From contig CDMY01000673.1 of assembly GCA_001179505.1 (NCBI GenBank), positions 1-32,713 of the forward strand: a stretch of DNA of 32,713 nucleotides, in the 5' to 3' direction. Position numbers and translations under genes: made by a program. The notes under the pieces are model-generated. The model worked only from the letters and a program-made list of their open reading frames with translations, searched no databases and was not told the origin of the DNA. The DNA is from Vitrella brassicaformis CCMP3155. Taxonomy: Eukaryota > Protista > Chromerida. Each line of letters starts with the position of its first letter. Within the stretch, counting starts at the first letter, position 1. This document shows positions 24,869 to 32,713 of the stretch, in pieces.

Positions 24869-26312
24869 TTCAGTTGATGGACGAATGGCGGTCCTGATAT
24901 CCATGTCGTGGTGCGTGCGGTGCGTGTCTGCATGGGTGCCTGGTAGATGGGCCAGTCAGTGGTGGGGCGCAGGGAAGTTTCGCAGCGAGGTACGTGCACG
25001 TTCTTTTTTCAGATGATGCCTTTGTTCACATCCATCCATGTGCCGTCGTCAAGTCATGTTTTGGTGCACGCGAGTTTGGGTCGTGGGTCTTCGTGTGTGG
25101 GTGGTTGTTGCGTTGTGTTGTGTTGTGTCGTGTCGATCCATGTAGCGGTTTTCATTGGCCGTCGTGTGTGTGTGTGTGTGTGGTCGTGGCGTTGGGAGCT
25201 TGGGGCATTAATGTGGTTGGGCTGGCAGGTGCGTGCCTGCACTGTACCATATAGCCATACTATGATGTAGCCTGGGATGCACGCAGCCACTGTGTGCCCG
25301 TGTGCTGTGCATGTGTATGCTATGCTATTCTCTCTGCCTTTTGCAAATCGAGCCAGCTCTCTCCACCGACCCCACCCACTCTACCCATCCCACTCTACCC
25401 AGCGAGGCAGCCATCCTACTCACTCACTCCTCGCTTGCGATCCTTTCTGTTATCACCCGATATCCCCTGGCTGACCGGCGGATCACATCACCGCATTGCA
25501 TTCAGGCACTCTGAAGGAAGCCATCCTCTAATCTATTTTGTATGTGTATCCATCACATCAGTGAGTGTCTCAGCTGCTGTATTGTATAGATAGCATCCCC
25601 CACATCCCACACCACTCCACCCCTTCCCCCGGTTTACTCCATTCCCCCCCGTCTCTCTCTCGGTCTATCTGTCTCTCTGTTTGTCTGTCCGTCTGTTTCA
25701 TGATGTATCCAATGGGGTCGAGCCACTCGCTCTCCCAACGCACTTTCTGTGTGCCGTGCGGTGCTGCCTCAGGCAGCGCAGCGCAATGCAAGGCACTCGC
25801 CACATGCACTTTGGGCACACTATAGTGGTCGATCGCACATATCCCCCTCAGAGCTTTGCTTTCTTCTCCCTTTCTCTCCTTTTTCTGCTCATTTCTGCAT
25901 GTGTGCATGACGGCGTCAAACCTGTGCATGTGTGTGTGCGCTTTTACGAGATCCTTCCCTTCGCTCGAAGACGTACGAATGTATGCCTCTTCAGTGAATC
26001 CCTTCCTGTTGTGCCCTCTCAACGCACGCTGGGACAACCCATGGAGAACCGCAGAGATGGCGCGATTTATTTCATGAACACATAAAGTGATCGCCCCCCC
26101 TCAGCTGCCGACCAGTCTACTCACAGGCAAGCATGGACAAACCAATGTCTGTATAACAAAGGCATTTGTCTGTACATACACTACACTACACATCCACCTG
26201 CACCAACTGCAACGCAGACGACAGAAAAACAGACATATGAGGGGCGTGCAGCGGCCTCTTTTGCATCGTCCTGGCTGCCCTCACCGTGTGGTGTCATCTG
26301 TTTGTCTGTCCT

Positions 26313-28149
26313 CTACGGCGCCTCTCCGTCGAGGAAGACCGGTGCGACAGGGCCCAACGACCGCCGAGCCAGGGCTGCCGTGTGTCGATGCCTGGCGGGG
26401 AATGGATCGCCCGGGCTGCGCACTGGCTGCTCAGTCGTCACCAGGAAGACATCCACTGCCATATGAGAAACGGGACAGACGATGAGACTGTCCGCCTGTC
26501 TGTCTGTCTGCCTGTCTGCCTGCCTGCACTCGTGTCTCTCACTCACCTTTCTGACGGTCCTAAGGTCTGACTCCGAATTGGACCCACGCTGTGAAGGGGT
26601 CGTCGAATGCCGTCAGCATATGATCCTGATGTACATGTCCATCGTCATCCTCGAACGCCACGACAGCTGAGCATCCGTCCAGTGGTGTGTGGGGCGACTG
26701 CGTCAGCACGCCGTCCAAATAGCCGCCCCTCACGCTACTACACAGATGCACACACAGACAGACAGCGATCCACTCTAGGTCTCATGTATGCCCCGGGAAT
26801 ACCTACCGATCGATGTCCATGTGCATGATGTGGATCGGTAGGACACCGATCTTATGGTGATGGAGGAGGATCATGGCCACGATGAAGGCGCTCATCGACG
26901 CTGCGATGTCGCCAATCACGCCTGCCGCGCCTGCCGTCCAGCCGTCCTCGGCTTCTTCGTCGAAGTAGATGGCCGACTGGACGGGCGGGTCATCTGGGTT
27001 CATGTGCTGCTGGAAGGGGTGCTGCTGCAGGGGGTGCACGGCAGTGGTGGGCAGGGGCGGGTTGAGGGTGATGGCGAACTCAGGCTCGTCGCGGAATGCG
27101 CGGATCTCGTTGGTGGCGGGGTCGCGGAAGAGCTCGAAGGTGCCGTCCTGCTGGCCATTGGCACAACGGAAGGCCACATGCCGACTGACGACCATCCACT
27201 GGGCTGTCACACGGGGCATCGACAAATAGGCCTGACACACAGGAACACACGACGATGGATGCACCGCACCTTATTCTCCCCCTGCTGTGTGAGGTGAGAT
27301 GCTCCCTTACCGTCTTGGTGTCGTGCTTCTGCAGGTCGACAGCGTTGATGGTGATGGGCAGTTGGCAGTAGCTGCACTGACCCGCCAGCCTCAGTCCATT
27401 GCCCACCTCTCCCCACTTGCCGCCCTCTTCCATCAGCCACAGCGCCTTCATCACGCCGCCGCCGCCCAGCTGAGGCGCAAACCGCACCACGCCCGTCAGA
27501 CCCGCCTTGTCCACGGCGACGGTCAGTCGGCGACGAAGGGCCATCTTGAGGTCATCGTTGACGAGTCGTGCCGTCATCTTGAGGCGGCCGACAGACTGCA
27601 GGTCGAGGGGATTCTGCAGGCTGCCCACGGCGTCGGCCGAGAGGTCATCTAACTTGGCCTGACCATAACAGACAGAACAGCGCATCCGCTCGGAATTGTA
27701 TCGGTTGGTATGCTCACTGACCGATGCATCAGTGCGTGGCTGAGGGAAGGTGGCCGCCTTGACGAGGGCCTTGAGCGAGGCCCTCAACTTGGCGTACTGA
27801 TGCAACGCAGCTATCATGTGGAGCGAGCAATCCTGCAGCCATGCATTAATGACACACACATCCATACAAACAGACAGACAGACGTCGTTAACGCCACCAG
27901 TGGCGTGCGAATTCTCTTCTCATTCTCCCAATGTCAGGGCAGTAAGTGCTCTCCTCTGGAGGACATACGTGCGATGAGAGATCTACTGCGTCCAGTGCGG
28001 ACAAGCGGTACATCAGGCAGCTGATCTGCAAGGAGCGCACACACACTGAGGAAGGCATGGTTTGTCAATGCGTCAGTCCCATGGCTGCCTACCTCCGAGT
28101 GTTCCTGCTCCAGACCAGACATGCTGATGGCCGTCTGCGGCAAATCCAT
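26313..28149 (-). pseudogene. Multi-exon member of a lineage-specific hypothetical family with one in-frame TAG
   Basis: ATG at 28149 (MDLPQTAISM). A chain of phase-compatible exons reads ...ISCLMYRLSALDAVDLSSH / DCSLHMIAALHQY... / AKLDDLSADAVGSL...LRLAGQCSYCQLPITI / AYLSMPRV...LLHHHKIG / SVRGGYLDGVLTQSPHTP...VQFGVRP*DRQK / VDVFLVTTE...FLDGEAP*. TAG at 26562-26560 lies four codons before a strong gtgagt donor, and the last exon (about 26461-26313) is open and coding-like. Confidence 0.7.
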
Positions 28150-29224
28150 GGGTAGTTGCTGCGCCACCCTTTCGGGTCAGCTGAAACGTTTCTGAGTTGA
28201 TCTTTTTGAGTTTTTGTTTTGAATTCGGACCTCAAAGATGCCGCCGTTCGTCACCGTGATGACCTTTTCGCTGTGCATCCTGACGGTGAATGGTGAAGAT
28301 TCGCCGTCATTTCGTGGGCTGTCGTGGCGAGGTGGACTACAGCAGCAAGGGGCTCAACTGGTCCGAGGGTGAATGTGGAAGCGACGTGGTGAGAACACAC
28401 ACCCGAAGGTCGGATGGATCGATGGATGGATGGATGGAACGATGGGTGGATTTTCATGTTTGTGTGGGGTGCGTTTTTTGTGCAGCGTACGTTCGGACGG
28501 ATGCAGTTCAGTTGAGGGGAGGGGGCGTCACGTGGGCGTACGGCACCGCTGCCGGCTATGAGGGAGGGGCTGCATCCTGATGAAGCGAGTGATCCCTCCC
28601 CAAGGACAGGCACAAGCGGCGATGTGTTGAAGCCACTGCACAGATCCCTCGCTCATTGGCGCTCAGCCTGATGCCTGCTGCCTCTCTGTCCCGCTGTGCA
28701 ACGATCTGTCCCTTGCCCACCACCACCACCACCACGACTCATCGAGATCTGCCTTCATCCTCAATGCATCGCCGCTGTGGCAGCGGCTGGGGAGGAGCTC
28801 GAGAGGCAGCGGCGGTGGACACCCTGCCGCCTACAAGTGCCGGAATTGCCACGGAAGCAGCGAGAAAAAAAGTGACGAACAGCATGGCGGCCGATGGGTG
28901 TCTGTGTGGCTGTGTGCAGGGCGTCCACTTTGACGGAGCTGAAGCGGATGGCGGCGTCTGCTCAGGCGAGCAAGCTGGCAGGCAAGTTGAACCCCACCAC
29001 AGGCCAGGCGACGCACGGGTCCTGTTTGCACGAGCACACGTGTGTGTGTGTGTCGATATTGTGTGTGTTGCCTTAGGGGCACTTTCTGAATGAGATATGG
29101 GACCCCTATAAATACTTACTTCATCACACAGGGGCCTGAGGACATCCGTACGCCACCCAACACACATACACGACACATGCAACCGCATTCCGTTGTGTGC
29201 ATGCCCTTGTGTGCCTGTCTGCAG

Positions 29225-31311
29225 CCACGCCAGAAGAGCTGGCTCTCGAGAACCGCATCGGGGAGCCCCTTAACGACGTGAGAGCTGCTGTCGACAGACC
29301 GCCTCACCTTTCGGTTGCGTGTGTGATCACGTGCCGTGTGCATGCTTGTCATGCAGGCGGTGAGTGCATCCAACTATGGCTTCTGGAGGTATCAGCCCGG
29401 ACACGCCAGAGAGACAAGGTACGCATGTGTGTGGATGTGCCAAAATGTGTATGGTATGGTTGTGTGCAGTGGTCGTCGGCCGCTGGACCATGAGATTGAC
29501 AATGTGGACAGCAAGATGGTGAGGTGAGGCTGCTGCTGGACCTGGGGGCTGACCTCAACTACAACACCAACAAGGTACACACACACACAGATCCCAGCCG
29601 TCCACAAGGACGTATTGATCTCTCAGCCATATGTCTGTCAGGATGAGGGCACCTCCCCGCTGTACCGCAGCATCTCCAAGGGCTCCCAGGCCATCTTCGA
29701 CCTACTCATGGACAGCGGAGCCGACCCCACACGCACCGACGTAACCACCCCGCCACACACATACACGTTGCTCAAGCGCGGCGTCAAATGAGTCGTTTTG
29801 TGTGCGCCTGGTGTGCAGGATGGTGGTAGGGACGCCCTGACGTATGCCGCCGTCTTTAGCGAGCTCGCCATGCTGAAACGGCTGATGAGCTACAACGAAG
29901 CTATCGTCAGGAAGGACACCGACGAGAGCGCCAGCACCAGCTCCAGCACCACCGAAGAACCGACAGGCGAGTTCAGGGCCACTCTCAGCGTCAACCGCCG
30001 AGACAAAGTACGCGGCACACGACACACCAGTACTGTGTGCGGCCCGACGCCAAGGAGGACTACAGCAGCAGCGTATTATTCGACTTCCCCTTCACCCTCC
30101 TGTGGCCCACCAACCCAGGCAGCCCCATACGCAACATCTACGACAGCGAGACGCCGGCATCCGAATCGTCCACCCTCAGTCACCCTGGCGGCCTCGCTCG
30201 CCACATCGGTGAGCTTCCCCACCAGCATCGCACAAGACAACATCATCCGGGCTTTCTCACGTTAAAACAAGCTCGTCTTCAGCTCAGCCCGCATCCTGAC
30301 CCTGCAGCCGGCCAGGGACACCGACAACCCCCTCCCACAGCCACTGCTCTTCAACCTCGGCCGCGTCTTCCCATCGGTGCGGTCCATGGACATGGGCAAG
30401 GCGCAGCAGCTGGGCGAGGAGGCCGTCGTCAAGACGGTAGACGACCTCCCATCGCTGCGGGCGGTGCGGTTCGCNNNNNNNNNNNNNNNNNNNNNNNNNN
30501 NNNNNNNNNNNNNNNNNNNNNNNNNNNNNNNNNNNNNNNNNNNNNNNNNNNNNNNNNNNNNNNNNNNNNNNNNNNNNNNNNNNNNNNNNNNNNNNNNNNN
30601 NNNNNNNNNNNNNNNNNNNNNNNNNNNNNNNNNNNNNNNNNNNNNNNNNNNNNNNNNNNNNNNNNNNNNNNNNNNNNNNNNNNNNNNNNNNNNNNNNNNN
30701 NNNNNNNNNNNNNNNNNNNNNNNNNNNNNNNNNNNNNNNNNNNNNNNNNNNNNNNNNNNNNNNNNNNNNNNNNNGGGCGAGGAGGCCGTCGTCAAGACGA
30801 TAGACGACCTCCCATCGCTGCGGGTGGTGTGGGACGGGCAGGCAGATGAGGGCGGTGAGGATGGGGCGGGTGGGGCGGATCGCAGCGGCAAGATGGAGAT
30901 GGATGTGTCGGTGGGGGAGGCAGGGACGACAAGGGCAGCAGCGAGAAGGAGAAGGGCAAGGGCATGGAGCATCGCATCCGGCACATCAGCCAGCGCATTC
31001 TTCGCTACCCCACCCTTCTACGGTGCTGCGGAGGGCGGGGAGGGAGATGGGGGGCAGACGAGGGCGAGTTGCTAGTCTGGTCTCGCCTGTTTCCCACATC
31101 CATCAAGGCCATCACCACACTGCCTAAGCTAGATTACATCACACTCACCACCGACGATGCACTCCCTGTCGAGTCGTTGCACGATGATGGGGAGGCAGGC
31201 GTAGCCGAGCGGCTGAGCCCTCACGGGTTCGCCGCTGTGCAGACAGGCCCCTGTAGTGTTGAGCTGTGCTGTATCGGGAGGGGCTGCCCGTCACGGCGGG
31301 CGAGCGACTGA
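29225..31311 (+). pseudogene. Ankyrin-repeat gene with an LRR-like C-terminal region and multiple disabling lesions; spans a gap
   Basis: Ankyrin motifs in short exons: GRRPLD...KMVRLLLDLGAD, EGTSPLYRSISKGSQAIFDLLMDSGADP, GRDALTYAAVFSELAMLKRLM. Lesions: 5-bp duplication at 29519-29528, 23-nt intron-like remnant at 30008-30030, frame change near 30178, TAA at 30263-30265, probable frameshift in the G-run near 31048-31053. Further 5' exons probably lie in 28290-29150 but could not be resolved. Confidence 0.75.
30475..30774. other. Assembly gap (300 N)
   Basis: Run of N inside the ankyrin pseudogene, with near-identical sequence on both flanks. Confidence 1.
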
Positions 31312-31734
31312 CTGATCACTGACTGACTACTTCTCGCCCATCTGTGTCGATAGCGATGAGATGGATGACTAGATAGCGGTGCAGACTGACTGCGTGGGTG
31401 GCGTGTTTGGGGATGTGTGAACAAATGGAAGATTCGTGGCTTGTGATGCTGGGTGGTGTGCTGCGTGCGAGACCGTCGTCACGGTAGTGGTGCCGGCGCT
31501 TCCTCTGTCTCGTTTGGATGGCATTGGTCGTTCGCAATGGATGATTTGATGTCATGTTTGCGTGTGTGTGTATGAGTATGAGTGGTGTGATGGTTTTCAC
31601 CTTCATTGGCACTGACCCTCGATGAGTGGAAGGCTGTTCATGAGGTGCATCGGCTCGTGGAAGGAACCAAGAGAGACCTAGGTGTCCAAATGAATAGACA
31701 TGCTCACATCAAACACGACACTCAGTGTGTGGCC

Positions 31735-32160
31735 TCATGACACACACACACACACTCAAAGAGAGAGAGAGACGGAGACACAGGCTACCTCCTCCACTGT
31801 CTGTGTCGTTCGTTCACATGGATGTCTGCGATCTGGTATGTAGAGGTAGAAGGACTCAATGTGAACGACCGACGCAGACACAGACACAGACACAGACACA
31901 CACGCACACATGGACCCGACCAACCAACAGACACAGGCAGACAGAGACAGAGGGAGGGAGCGAAGGAGGACAGGGACAGGGACAGGGAGAGGGAGAGGGA
32001 GAGGGAGAGAGGTCTGGATGCGCGAGTGAGTGACAAGTGGCCGTCTGAGTGAGTGTGAATGAATGGACGAATGGACGAATGGATGGATGGATGGATACTA
32101 ACTGGCTGACATGTCTGTCTGTCTGTCACCAAACTGCATGGTGAGTGAGTGAGTGAGTGG
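31735..32160. repeat. Compound microsatellite tract: (CA)n, (GA)n, (GACACA)n, (GAGAGG)n, (GGAT)n, (GTGA)n
   Basis: Directly visible short tandem repeats in the intergenic region between convergent genes. Confidence 0.85.
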
Positions 32161-32435
32161 GTGCGATTAATCAACACCACCGTCCGAACATCAAGGCGGG
32201 AGGGACACCAGAGTGGACACTTTGGTGTGGCCTTTAACAGTGTGCAGGCACGCGTGAGATAATGACCGTTCCGACTCCATGTATTCCATCCATCGATTCA
32301 TTCATGTGCAGGCATGAGTCTAAAGTCAGTCGGCTACAAAGTAGCAGCGACGAAATCTGTACAAGTCGCGGCATGCCGTGGCCGGCTGGCTACTCTATCG
32401 TCTCCTCTGACCTCCCTGGCCCACGCACCCATCCA

Positions 32436-32713
32436 TCAGTCTACGCCGGCCTTCTTGGTCATCCTGACGACAAACGTCCGCGGGTTCTCGCCCTGGTCCT
32501 CGTCGGTCATGGGCAGCTGCACGTCGTAGTATCGCATGCACCGCCGCACACACTGCATAAGCGCCAAGGCCGCCCCCCGGTCCGTGTCAGCATCTGCCAA
32601 CCGCAGTGTGATGTCGGCCGTGTCGGGCATGAGCAGGAGGGCCAGACTGAAGAGCGAAGTGACGGTGGCTGCTCTCGTGAAGGATCTCGATCTCCGGCTG
32701 TTGGTGATGAGCA
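32436..32713 (-). CDS. 3' end of a gene entering from beyond the window, unknown function
   Basis: GC3-rich frame open from the window edge (LITNSRR...SLFSLALLLMPDTADITLRL...YYDVQLP...RTFVVRMTKKAGVD*) to TGA at 32438-32436. Confidence 0.55.
   Translation of the reverse strand, partial: LITNSRRSRSFTRAATVTSLFSLALLLMPDTADITLRLADADTDRGAALALMQCVRRCMRYYDVQLPMTDEDQGENPRTFVVRMTKKAGVD

Noticed and set aside
24869-26312. Short ORFs in the ATG2 3' intergenic region
   Set aside because: Dominated by microsatellite and low-complexity sequence with no coding-like codon bias.
26802-26842. 10-bp inverted repeat cctaccgatc...gatcggtagg
   Set aside because: Short stem overlapping an exon end and donor; compatible with chance. 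No second copy or transposon hallmarks.
28290-28580. Small two-exon gene MVKIRRHFVG...GGAAS (about 57 aa)
   Set aside because: Splice signals are plausible, but I cannot tell whether it is a separate gene, 5' exons of the ankyrin pseudogene, or non-coding.
2296-30265. Genome-wide reassignment of TAA/TAG to Gln (ciliate-like code)
   Set aside because: CDC73 (553 codons) and ATG2 (2968 codons) contain many Gln codons but no in-frame TAR. TAG ends the FKBP-like gene exactly at the domain end (6477-6479). The genes with TAR stops mostly carry other lesions too.
30412-30830. Near-identical GEEAVVKT(V/I)DDLPSLR(A/V)V segments flanking the gap as an internal tandem repeat
   Set aside because: Cannot be separated from two haplotypes or overlapping contig ends across a default-size gap; needs long reads.

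Overview
Intron-rich, GC-rich eukaryotic nuclear DNA with three 300-N assembly gaps. Introns are short (mostly about 70-130 nt) and loaded with microsatellites. Gene style and family types resemble the chromerid alveolate Vitrella brassicaformis; this is my inference from recall, not a database result. The core is an intact head-to-head pair of conserved genes: CDC73/parafibromin (minus, 11735-13845, 6 exons, 553 aa by my splice model) and a very large ATG2 (plus, 14654-24868, 14 exons, 2968 aa by my model, last intron GC-AG). Around it lie members of apparently lineage-expanded families: an F-box/LRR-like gene, two degenerate FKBP-fold genes, an uncharacterised family gene and an ankyrin-repeat gene. 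Four of these carry in-frame TAA/TAG stops or frameshifts. I see no RNA gene, CRISPR array or recognisable transposon, and no clearly novel multi-gene system. The best leads are complementary 5' AC/GACA and 3' GT/TGTC repeats in introns, the degenerate FKBP-like family, an FFAT-like motif in the oversized ATG2, and the TAR-only premature stops.
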